A stretch of DNA of 64,000 nt from Solobacterium sp. Its GTDB lineage: Bacteria > Bacillota_I > Bacilli_A > Erysipelotrichales > Erysipelotrichaceae. The position numbers and the translations under genes were made by a program. The stretch covers positions 5,836-69,835 of the forward strand of contig JALFIR010000017.1 in NCBI GenBank assembly GCA_022776215.1. The letters run 5' to 3'. Shown piece after piece: positions 18,493 to 27,151 of the stretch (positions are counted from its first letter, which is position 1; every line of letters begins with the position of its first letter). Under the pieces are notes generated by a model, which made no database searches, was not told where the DNA came from, and saw only the letters and a list, made by a program, of their open reading frames with translations.

Positions 18493-19696
18493 AATTGAAT
18501 TATTGGCTCCTGCTAAGGACTTGTTTAAGGCTAAGATAGCAGTTGACTATGGTGCTGATGCCATTTATTTAGGTGGTAAATGTTTTTCTTTGCGTTCTCG
18601 TGCTTCCAATTTTGAAAATGAGGATATTAAAGAAATTGTAGAATATGCCCATAGTAAGGGTGTAAAAGTATATATTACTGTTAATATCGTTTTCCATGAT
18701 GATGATTTTGTAGGAATTAAAGAATATTTAGCTTATTTAGATGAAATTGGTGTTGATGCGATTATTGTGTCTTCTTTGTTTATTGTGAATTATGTTAAGA
18801 AGCATCATCCAAGAATAGAAGCACATATTTCAACTCAAATGTCTTCAATCAATAGTGATGCGGTAAGCGTTTTGAAGATGTATGGGGCAGATCGCGTGGT
18901 ACTTGGTAGAGAAGTTTCAATGGATGAAATCAAACTTATAAGTTCTGTTTCTTCTTTACCACTTGAAGTGTTTATTCATGGTGGCATGTGTTCTAATTAT
19001 TCAGGACGTTGTGTTTTAAGTAATCGTATGACTAATAGAGACGCTAATAGAGGTGGCTGTGCTCATAGTTGTCGTTGGAAATATCATGTTTATGAAGGTG
19101 ATACTTTAATTAGTGATCCAGAATGTCCTTTGTCTATGTCTTCTAAAGATTTAAGGGCAGCTGATTATGTTGAAGAGATGATTAAGTGTGGTGTTGCGTC
19201 TTTAAAGATTGAAGGACGTATGAAGTCTGAATATTATATTGCCCAGGTAGTAAAGACTTATCGTATGCTTATAGATGAAGTGTATGAAAAGGGTCATTTA
19301 GAGGATGATCGTTTGGTTTACTATAATAATGAATTGACTAAGGCAGAGAATCGTTTGAGTGATTCAGGTTTCTTGAGTGGTAAATGTGATGATTCTAAAC
19401 ACTTATATGGTGTAAATGGAAGCGGGGTTACCCATGATTATGTAGGTCTTGTGAAGGCTTATGACAAGAACCGCTCTTTGGCTTTAGTTGAAGTTAAGAA
19501 TATGTTTGATATAAATGATACTTTGGAAGTCTTTGGTCCAAGTGTTAATAATGAAAGATTTAAGAATACAGTGATGTTTGATGATGAGTGGAATTTCTTA
19601 AATGAAGCTCATAAGCCATGTCAGCTTGTAGTTATTCGTATGCCTTTTGAGGTTAGTAAGAATGATATGATTAGAAAGGTCAATGATGATTGTTGA
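18479..19696 (+). CDS. Peptidase U32 family protein (YrrO/TrhP-like)
   Basis: ELLAPA, the Cys-rich block FIHGGMCSNYSGRCVLS, and LKIEGRMKS. Confidence 0.85.
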   Translation: MAMNKIELLAPAKDLFKAKIAVDYGADAIYLGGKCFSLRSRASNFENEDIKEIVEYAHSKGVKVYITVNIVFHDDDFVGIKEYLAYLDEIGVDAIIVSSLFIVNYVKKHHPRIEAHISTQMSSINSDAVSVLKMYGADRVVLGREVSMDEIKLISSVSSLPLEVFIHGGMCSNYSGRCVLSNRMTNRDANRGGCAHSCRWKYHVYEGDTLISDPECPLSMSSKDLRAADYVEEMIKCGVASLKIEGRMKSEYYIAQVVKTYRMLIDEVYEKGHLEDDRLVYYNNELTKAENRLSDSGFLSGKCDDSKHLYGVNGSGVTHDYVGLVKAYDKNRSLALVEVKNMFDINDTLEVFGPSVNNERFKNTVMFDDEWNFLNEAHKPCQLVVIRMPFEVSKNDMIRKVNDDC

Positions 19697-20387
19697 GGGG
19701 GCTATCGCTGTTAAGGCTTGTATCCAAGGTGGAAAGCGCGCTGTTTATAAGGTATATATAGACAAAGCCAAGAGAACTAAGGATTTTAATTATATTAGAA
19801 GATTGTGTGAATCTAAGGATATTAGTGTTCATGAATTAGAACGTTCTTCTTTCGATAACTTTGAAGTTGGCAAGACCTTTGGTGGCGTTATAGCTGAAGT
19901 AAGTGATAGAAGAAGTGATGAACTAGGCGATGGGGATGCCTTTTATATTGATGGTATTGAAGATCCTTTTAATATTGGATATATGTTAAGAACCATCTAT
20001 GCCTTGGGTGTTTCTAATGTAATTTTAAAGGCTAGGGATTATTCTAAGTTGGATGCTCAGATTATTAAATCTAGTGCTGGTGCTTATGAACTATTAAATA
20101 TTAAGTATGTAGATGATGAGTATGCATATCTTAAGTCTTTAAAGAAGAATTATCATCTTTATTCTTTATATAGGGGTGATGATTCTAAGGATATCTTTAA
20201 AGTTAGATTTGATTTTAAATGTTTATTCTTAATCGGCGGTGAAAAAAGAGGTATCTCATCTAAGTTATTATCTTTAGTGGATACTGGTTTATATATTCCT
20301 TATGGGAATGATTTTAGAAATAGTTTGAATGCAGCTAGTGCTGTTAGTGTTGTCTCAACACTTTTATATGGACAAAGAAATGATTGA
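19683..20387 (+). CDS. SpoU/TrmH family RNA 2'-O-methyltransferase
   Basis: GIEDPFNIG, LFLIGGEKRGIS and IPYGNDFRNSLNAASAVS motifs. Confidence 0.75.
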   Translation: MMIVEGAIAVKACIQGGKRAVYKVYIDKAKRTKDFNYIRRLCESKDISVHELERSSFDNFEVGKTFGGVIAEVSDRRSDELGDGDAFYIDGIEDPFNIGYMLRTIYALGVSNVILKARDYSKLDAQIIKSSAGAYELLNIKYVDDEYAYLKSLKKNYHLYSLYRGDDSKDIFKVRFDFKCLFLIGGEKRGISSKLLSLVDTGLYIPYGNDFRNSLNAASAVSVVSTLLYGQRND

Positions 20388-21093
20388 ATCGTTAGAAAAT
20401 AAAAAGGTAAAAGATTGGACACGTCTTCATTTAAAGAAGTATCGTGATCGTAATTTTTTAATCCTTGATAAAGGAGTTCTTTTGGAAGCTTATAAACAAG
20501 GATACTTGGATACTTTGATTTATTGTGGTCAAAGGCCTTTTGACTTTGATAAGGCTTATGAGGTATCTAGAGTTGTTTTAAATAAGATTTCTAAAAGAGA
20601 TGACCTTGACTATATTGGGGTTGGCAAGGAAATAGAGGAAAAAAGAGCATATTGTTCAAGAATAATGATGTTGGATGAACTTTCTGATCCTTTAAATATT
20701 GGTAGAATCATGGAGTGTGCATATTTATTTGGTTTTGATACTATTCTTTTAAGTGAAAATTGTGCTGATATTTATCATCCTAAGTGTTTAAGTGCTTCTA
20801 AGGGTGCTATTTATCATTTAAATATCTTTAGAGGGAATTTAGTTGAACAAATAAAGGATTTAAAAGAAAAGGGCTATATTATTTATGCCACTGGTTTAAA
20901 AGAAAATAGTTTGTTTCTTGATGAAGTAAACAAAAGCCCTAAGATGGCTTTTGTCCTTGGCAATGAAGGATCTGGTGTATCAAAGGAAGTCTTTGATAGT
21001 GCTAATGAGACTGTTAAGATTCAGATGCATAATATCGATTCTTTAAATGTTGCCATGGCTGGTTCTATTATCATGTATCGTTTTTTAGTATAG
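20368..21093 (+). CDS. SpoU/TrmH family RNA methyltransferase (RlmB/YsgA-like)
   Basis: LSDPLNIG, FVLGNEGSGVS and IDSLNVAMAGSIIMY motifs. The start is uncertain (20368 or 20380). Confidence 0.75.
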   Translation: MDKEMIESLENKKVKDWTRLHLKKYRDRNFLILDKGVLLEAYKQGYLDTLIYCGQRPFDFDKAYEVSRVVLNKISKRDDLDYIGVGKEIEEKRAYCSRIMMLDELSDPLNIGRIMECAYLFGFDTILLSENCADIYHPKCLSASKGAIYHLNIFRGNLVEQIKDLKEKGYIIYATGLKENSLFLDEVNKSPKMAFVLGNEGSGVSKEVFDSANETVKIQMHNIDSLNVAMAGSIIMYRFLV

Positions 21094-21387
21094 AATCTTA
21101 AAGTTCTTTTCTTGTTTACATGGTATTTTTTTAAGATAATAGTCTTCGATTCTAATGAAGTTTCTAACTGTGAAACCATCTATACTTAGATAGCTTCCTT
21201 GTTTTAACATTTTACTAATGAAGGTCATGATTTTATCTTCATCGCCTTGTATCTCAACCTCGACATTACCATTGTCGAGGTTTTTTGCGCTTCCTGTTAG
21301 ATCTAATTCAGTTGCGATTCTTTGACAAGTGTAGCGAAAGCCTACTCCTTGTACCTGTCCTTTAAAAATAATCAAGTATCTTTCCAT
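21085..21387 (-). CDS. acyP: Acylphosphatase
   Basis: MERYLIIFKGQVQGVGFRY signature. The start was trimmed from the track's longer ORF. Confidence 0.85.
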   Translation of the reverse strand: MERYLIIFKGQVQGVGFRYTCQRIATELDLTGSAKNLDNGNVEVEIQGDEDKIMTFISKMLKQGSYLSIDGFTVRNFIRIEDYYLKKIPCKQEKNFKILY

Positions 21388-21393
21388 GTATTT

Positions 21394-21421
21394 ATTATAA
21401 CCTTGAAACAATATTTCAAGG
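21394..21421 (-). promoter_or_regulatory. acyP promoter: TATAAT 6 nt before the ATG, plus palindrome CCTTGAAA-N5-TTTCAAGG
   Basis: The minus strand reads TATAAT (21399-21394)-AAATAC-ATG. The palindrome spans 21401-21421. Confidence 0.5.
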
Positions 21422-21448
21422 ATTTTTAAATTTGTGTGTATTAAATTA

Positions 21449-21475
21449 GTTGAATATTCAACCATTTGTTATAAT
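21449..21475 (+). promoter_or_regulatory. Palindrome GTTGAATATTCAAC plus extended -10 TGtTATAAT upstream of the marR-nrdG fusion gene
   Basis: Palindrome at 21449-21462, TG at 21467-21468, TATAAT at 21470-21475, ATG at 21485 (9 nt downstream), no SD. Confidence 0.55.
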
Positions 21476-21484
21476 GAATACGCT

Positions 21485-22627
21485 ATGGAAAGACTAATGA
21501 ATGTGGATCCAATGATTTTGAATCGTTGTAACCAAAAATATTATGACAAGGTATTATCTAAATACGATATTTCTTATACTCAAATGTTTATTTTGATGGC
21601 AATCTATGAACATAAGGGGCTTTCGATGAATGAATTGGCTGTTATTGGTGCTTATGACAAAGGGACTATTACTAAGGCTATTCAGAAGTTAGAACAGTTG
21701 GGTTATGTGGAGATGACTTTGAGTAGTGAGGATAAGCGTTTGAAGTTGTTGAATACAACGCCAAAGTGTGATCATATTATGCCTGAACTGTATATGATTA
21801 GACAGGGTTGGCAGGATTATTTGTTTAAGGATATTAGTAGGGAAGATTATTTAACTTATGTTAGTGTTGTTGAAAGACTTAATAATAAGGCTAAGGAATA
21901 TCCTCATTATGAGAATGATTTAAATATTCATATCTATGGTCTTCAAAAACTTACCTTATTAGATTATCCAGGTAAGATGGCAGCTACTTTGTTTACTGGT
22001 GGTTGTAACTTTAGATGCCCATTTTGTCATAATCGTTCACTTGTTTTCTTGAATGAACAAGAGGGTGAAATTGATCAAAAGTTGATCTTTGAGTATTTAG
22101 AGAAAAGAAAGAATGTGCTTGATGGTGTTTGTATAAGTGGTGGTGAACCTTTACTACAAGAGGGTATCAAAGACTTATGTAGACAAATTAAGGACTTGGG
22201 TTTGATGGTTAAGTTAGATACAAATGGCTATTGTTTCGACTTATTGAAAGAATTGGTTGAAGAGGGTTTAGTAGATTATGTAGCTATGGATATTAAGAAT
22301 ACCAAGGATAAATATAGCTTCACTTGCGGTTTAAATGATATGGACTTAAGTGGTATAGAGAAAAGTGTTGAGTATCTAAAGTCTAATGTGGTTGATTATG
22401 AATTTAGGACTACAATTGTCAAAGAATTCCATGAGGATTTAGATCTTGAATCATTAGGTAAATGGTTAAAGGGTGCTAAAAGATATTATCTACAAAATTT
22501 TGAAAGTAGAGAAAGTTGTATCCAAAGTGGTTTGAATAGTTTGGATGAAAGTAGGCTGAAAGAATACCAAGAGGTATTGAGTAAATATATTGATAATGTA
22601 TATATAAGAGGATTACAGGAGGACTAG
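21485..22627 (+). CDS. MarR-family wHTH domain fused to NrdG-type radical SAM activase
   Basis: The N-terminal ~140 aa are MarR-like (YTQMFILMAIYEHKGLSMNELA...TKAIQKLEQLGYVEM...DKRLKLL). The C-terminal part is YPGKMAATLFTGGCNFRCPFCHN plus GVCISGGEP. Confidence 0.85.
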   Translation: MERLMNVDPMILNRCNQKYYDKVLSKYDISYTQMFILMAIYEHKGLSMNELAVIGAYDKGTITKAIQKLEQLGYVEMTLSSEDKRLKLLNTTPKCDHIMPELYMIRQGWQDYLFKDISREDYLTYVSVVERLNNKAKEYPHYENDLNIHIYGLQKLTLLDYPGKMAATLFTGGCNFRCPFCHNRSLVFLNEQEGEIDQKLIFEYLEKRKNVLDGVCISGGEPLLQEGIKDLCRQIKDLGLMVKLDTNGYCFDLLKELVEEGLVDYVAMDIKNTKDKYSFTCGLNDMDLSGIEKSVEYLKSNVVDYEFRTTIVKEFHEDLDLESLGKWLKGAKRYYLQNFESRESCIQSGLNSLDESRLKEYQEVLSKYIDNVYIRGLQED

Positions 22628-22628
22628 T

Positions 22629-24992
22629 ATGTATAAGGTTATTAAAAGAGATGGCAAGGAAGTTGATTTTAATGTAAATAAGATTTCTAATGCGATTGGT
22701 AAGGCTTTTGCGGCAGTTGGTAGAGACTTTCATCCAAGTGTGGTTGAACTGTTGGCACTTAGAACTTGTGCTGATTTTGAGACTAAAGTAAAAGATGGCA
22801 AGGTATATGTAGAAGATATTCAAGATAGTGTTGAGAAGGTATTGTCTGAGAGCAATTATGCTGATGTTGCTAAGGCATATATTCTTTATCGTAAACAAAG
22901 AGAAAAGGCCCGTAATTTATCAGAGACTATGCTTGATTATAAGAAGTTAGTTAATTCTTATGTTGATTCAATTGACTGGCGTGTTAAAGAGAATTCGACA
23001 GTTACTTATTCGGTTGGTGGTTTGATTCTTTCAAATTCTGGTGCAATTACAGCCAACTATTGGTTGAGTGAAATTTATCCAAATGAAATAGCTAATGCCC
23101 ATCGTAATTGTGATATTCATATTCATGATTTGAGCATGCTTACAGGATATTGCGCTGGTTGGTCACTTAGACAATTGATTCAAGAAGGATTAGGTGGTAT
23201 TAAGGGTAAGATTACATCTGCTCCAGCAAAGCACTTGTCAACTTTGTGTAATCAAATGGTAAATTTCTTGGGTATTATGCAAAATGAGTGGGCTGGTGCA
23301 CAGGCTTTCTCTTCTTTTGATACTTATTTGGCGCCTTTTGTAAGAGAAGATAATTTATCTTATAAGCAAGTTAAACAATGCATCCAATCTTTTGTCTATG
23401 GTGTTAATACACCTTCTCGTTGGGGTACGCAAGCACCTTTCTCTAATATTACATTAGACTGGACAGTTCCTGAGGATATGGCTGAGCAATTCTGTTTAGT
23501 TGGTGGCAAAGAACTTTCTTACACTTATAAAGAGTGTCAAAAAGAGATGGATATGATTAATAAGGCCTTTATTGAAGTAATGTTGGAGGGTGATGCCAAT
23601 GGTAGAGGTTTCCAATATCCAATTCCAACTTATTCAATTACTAAGGAATTCGATTTCTCAGAAACAGAAAATAATAAATTGTTGTTTGGGATGACTGCTA
23701 AGTATGGTACTCCTTATTTCTCTAACTATGTAAATTCTGATATGAAGCCAAGTGATATTAGATCAATGTGTTGTCGTTTAAGATTGGACTTAAGAGAATT
23801 AAGAAAGAAATCAGGAGGTTATTTCGGTTCTGGTGAATCAACAGGTTCTGTTGGTGTGGTTACTGTTAATATGCCTCGTATTGCCTATTTAGCTAAAGAC
23901 AGAGAAGACTTCTATAATCGTTTGGATAAGATTATGGATATCTCAGCTAAGTCTTTAAAGATTAAAAGAGAAGTTATTACTAAGCTATTAGAGAATGGCT
24001 TATATCCATATACATTAAGATATTTGGGCACATTCAAGAATCATTTCTCTACTATTGGTTTAGTTGGTATGAATGAGGCTTGTTTAAATGCTAATTGGAT
24101 AAAAGCTGATTTGACTGAAGAGATTGCTCAAGATTTTACTGAAGAAGTATTGAATCATATGCGTGAGCGTTTGGTTATTTATCAAGAGATGTATGGCGAT
24201 TTATACAACTTGGAAGCTACTCCTGCGGAGTCTACGGCTTATCGTTTGGCAAAGCACGATAAGAAGGAATATAAGGATATTATTACAGCAAATGATGATT
24301 CTAAGGTTCCGTATTATACAAACTCTTCACATTTACCAGTAAGTTTTACTGATGATGTATTTAGAGCTTTAGATATTGAGGATAGATTCCAAAATTTATA
24401 TACTTCAGGTACTGTTTTCCATACTTTCTTAGGTGAGAAGCTTCCTGATTGGAGGGCTGCTGCAAGTCTTGTAAAGAAGATTGCGACTAATTATAAGTTA
24501 CCTTACTATACTATCTCTCCAACTTATTCTATTTGTGAGGATCATGGTTATATTACAGGTGAGGTTTATACTTGTCCAATTTGTGGTAAGAAGACTGAAG
24601 TTTGGTCTCGTATTACTGGTTATTATCGTCCTATTTCTAACTGGAATGATGGTAAGGCTCAAGAGTTTAAGGATCGTGTAGAGTATCTTCCTAGTGATTC
24701 TACTGTTCTAAAGGCTAAAGAAGTAAAAGAGGAGATTGTTAAGGAAGAGCCAAAACACGAGTATAAGCCAAGTGAGTTAACAATTTTTGTGCAGGATCAT
24801 TGTCCTAAGTGCAAGGGTGCTGAGCAGAGATTGAGACTTAAGGGTATTAATTATAATGTGGTTAATTGTAGTGTAGATACAAAGTTAGCTAGAGAATTAG
24901 GGGTAGTAGAAACACCTACAATTATTGATACTGATGGCAAGTGGTATGCTGGTGCTAATGCGGCAGTTGACTATTTAAAAGATCATGAGTGA
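22629..24992 (+). CDS. nrdD: Anaerobic ribonucleoside-triphosphate reductase with fused C-terminal glutaredoxin/NrdH-like domain
   Basis: ATP-cone, SMCCRLRLD, Zn ribbon CEDHG...CPICGK and glycyl-radical RITGYYRP. An extra ~70 aa follow: TIFVQDHCPKCKGAEQRL...VETPTII (24777-24989). Confidence 0.9.
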   Translation: MYKVIKRDGKEVDFNVNKISNAIGKAFAAVGRDFHPSVVELLALRTCADFETKVKDGKVYVEDIQDSVEKVLSESNYADVAKAYILYRKQREKARNLSETMLDYKKLVNSYVDSIDWRVKENSTVTYSVGGLILSNSGAITANYWLSEIYPNEIANAHRNCDIHIHDLSMLTGYCAGWSLRQLIQEGLGGIKGKITSAPAKHLSTLCNQMVNFLGIMQNEWAGAQAFSSFDTYLAPFVREDNLSYKQVKQCIQSFVYGVNTPSRWGTQAPFSNITLDWTVPEDMAEQFCLVGGKELSYTYKECQKEMDMINKAFIEVMLEGDANGRGFQYPIPTYSITKEFDFSETENNKLLFGMTAKYGTPYFSNYVNSDMKPSDIRSMCCRLRLDLRELRKKSGGYFGSGESTGSVGVVTVNMPRIAYLAKDREDFYNRLDKIMDISAKSLKIKREVITKLLENGLYPYTLRYLGTFKNHFSTIGLVGMNEACLNANWIKADLTEEIAQDFTEEVLNHMRERLVIYQEMYGDLYNLEATPAESTAYRLAKHDKKEYKDIITANDDSKVPYYTNSSHLPVSFTDDVFRALDIEDRFQNLYTSGTVFHTFLGEKLPDWRAAASLVKKIATNYKLPYYTISPTYSICEDHGYITGEVYTCPICGKKTEVWSRITGYYRPISNWNDGKAQEFKDRVEYLPSDSTVLKAKEVKEEIVKEEPKHEYKPSELTIFVQDHCPKCKGAEQRLRLKGINYNVVNCSVDTKLARELGVVETPTIIDTDGKWYAGANAAVDYLKDHE

Positions 24993-25887
24993 TATTTATG
25001 ATTTGGTGATAGTAGGAGGAGGTCCTGCGGGACTTACTTCTGCCATCTATGGTCTAAGAAATGGCCATAGTGTAGCGGTTATTGAAAGAGATGTCTTTGG
25101 TGGTCAAATTACAAGTTCACCAAGTGTATTAAATATTCCAGGTTTTAATAAAATCAGTGGTGATGAGTATGGTGATCTATTGTTAGAACAGGTTAGTAAA
25201 TTGGGTGGTGAACTTGTTTTTGATGAATGTGTTAAAGTGTCACCAGGTGATGTTATTACTGTTAACTTAAAAGATACAGGTGAAATTCTTTGTAAAAGTT
25301 TAATATTGGCAACCGGTACTGTTCATCGTCGTTTAAATGTTGAACATGAGGAAGAATTGATTGGCAAGCATGTACATTTTTGTGCTGTATGTGATGCTGG
25401 TTTATATAAAGATAAGACAGTAGTTTTGGTAGGTGGGGGTAATTCGGCTTTAGTTGAGGCTGATATCTTAGCTAATATCTGTAAGAAAGTGATTATCTTA
25501 CAAGATTTAAGCGAATTTACTGGTGAAGCATCTTTGATTAAGCAATTAGAGAGCCATGATAATATCACTACTTATTTTAATTGTTCAAATATTAAGTATA
25601 TTGTGGAAGATTCTTTCAAGGGTGTTAGTTTTAATGGCAAGGAATTATTATGTGATGGTGTTTTCTTGGCTATTGGCTTAGTTCCTGATAATAAGTATTT
25701 TAAGGATTTGTTAGACTTGGATGATAGAGGATATTTCATCGCTGATGAGAATGGCTATACAAAATATGATAATATTTTTGTGGCAGGCGATTGTCGTCAA
25801 AAGATGTTAAGACAGGTAGTTACTGCCTGTGGCGATGGTGCTAATTGTGCCATTAATGCCAGTAGATATTTAAGAGGTGTGAAATGA
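24985..25887 (+). CDS. Thioredoxin-reductase-like flavoprotein (CAVC redox centre, no HRRxxxR NADPH motif)
   Basis: GGGPAG, HFCAVCDAG, GGGNSALVEA and AGDC motifs. Overlaps nrdD by 8 nt (ATGAGTGA). Confidence 0.85.
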   Translation: MSDIYDLVIVGGGPAGLTSAIYGLRNGHSVAVIERDVFGGQITSSPSVLNIPGFNKISGDEYGDLLLEQVSKLGGELVFDECVKVSPGDVITVNLKDTGEILCKSLILATGTVHRRLNVEHEEELIGKHVHFCAVCDAGLYKDKTVVLVGGGNSALVEADILANICKKVIILQDLSEFTGEASLIKQLESHDNITTYFNCSNIKYIVEDSFKGVSFNGKELLCDGVFLAIGLVPDNKYFKDLLDLDDRGYFIADENGYTKYDNIFVAGDCRQKMLRQVVTACGDGANCAINASRYLRGVK

Positions 25888-27122
25888 ATTTAGTTGAATT
25901 TTTAAATAATAGTCCTAGTAGCTATAATGCGATTGATAGTATTAAGAAAATTTTAGATGAGAATCATTATGTAGAACTTGATGAAAGAGATGCATATGCT
26001 TTAGATAAGGGTGGCAAGTATTACATCATTAGAAATGGTTCTAGTGTTATGGCCTTTAATGTTGGTAATAATTTAGAGAATCCTTCTTTACAATTAACCG
26101 CTTCTCATTCTGATTGTCCATCTTTTGTGTTGAAGCCAAATTGTTGTAGCTACGAGGGCGGTTACTTTAAGTTGAATACCGAGGTATATGGTGGTGTTAC
26201 TTTCTATTCTTGGTTAGATAGACCGCTTAGTATTGCAGGTAGAATTATTTATAGAGAAGATGGAAGTGTTAAGTCATGTTCTTATAAGTATGATAAGCCA
26301 TTCTGTTTGATTCCATCTGTTGCGATTCATATGAATAGGGAAGTAAATACTAACTTAAACTTAAATCCACAAGTTGATATGCTTCCTATGGTGTCATTAG
26401 AAAAGGGTGATATTTTAAGTTTCTTAAAGGAAGATAGTGGTAAGGATGTGTTAAGTTATGACTTATTTTTGTATCCTGTGAATAGTGCTTATTTATGGGG
26501 CAAGAATGATGAATTTATTACAGGTAATCATTTAGATGATCTTCAATGTGCTTATAACTGTTTAATGGGTTTTATTGATAGTTTCAATGATAATAACATT
26601 AATGTTTATTGTTGTTTCGATAATGAAGAGATTGGTTCAAGTACAAGACAGGGTGCTGATTCTGATTTCTTGTTTACTAATTTAAATAGAATTTGTAACT
26701 CATTGAACATTGATTATTATCGTTTGTTGGCAAGAGGTTTTATGTTGTCTTGTGATAACGCCCATGCACTTCATCCAAATCATAATGAGAAGCATGATGC
26801 CTTGAATCGTCCTTCAATGAATAAGGGTATTGTCATCAAGCATGAGACTAGGGCTTATACAAGTGATGGCTTAAGTATTGGCTATTTAAAGGATTTATTG
26901 GAGCGTCATGATATTCCTTATCAATATTTTGCGAATAGAAGTGATAGTAGGGGTGGCAGTACTTTGGGTAATATCTCTAATAATCATAGTTCGATGTTGT
27001 CGGTTGATGTTGGCCTAGCTCAATTGGCGATGCATTCATGTGTGGAGACAGCTGGTAATTTGGATAATGATTATATGGTAGAGACGGTTAAGGCCTTCTA
27101 TAGCGAAAGTTTAATTAAGTAA
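25884..27122 (+). CDS. M18 family aminopeptidase
   Basis: N-terminus FLNNSPSSYNAI...LDKGGKYYIIRNGSSVMAF is typical of M18. Other matches: HSDCPSF and DNEEIGS. Confidence 0.85.
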   Translation: MNLVEFLNNSPSSYNAIDSIKKILDENHYVELDERDAYALDKGGKYYIIRNGSSVMAFNVGNNLENPSLQLTASHSDCPSFVLKPNCCSYEGGYFKLNTEVYGGVTFYSWLDRPLSIAGRIIYREDGSVKSCSYKYDKPFCLIPSVAIHMNREVNTNLNLNPQVDMLPMVSLEKGDILSFLKEDSGKDVLSYDLFLYPVNSAYLWGKNDEFITGNHLDDLQCAYNCLMGFIDSFNDNNINVYCCFDNEEIGSSTRQGADSDFLFTNLNRICNSLNIDYYRLLARGFMLSCDNAHALHPNHNEKHDALNRPSMNKGIVIKHETRAYTSDGLSIGYLKDLLERHDIPYQYFANRSDSRGGSTLGNISNNHSSMLSVDVGLAQLAMHSCVETAGNLDNDYMVETVKAFYSESLIK

Positions 27123-27125
27123 AAA

Positions 27126-27151
27126 GAAAGAAGAGTTTAGGCTCTTCTTTC
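27126..27151. terminator. Hairpin between convergent genes (acts as a terminator mainly for the minus-strand patB-like gene)
   Basis: GAAAGAAGAG (27126-27135) pairs with CTCTTCTTTC (27142-27151). There is a T-run on the minus strand side. Confidence 0.55.
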
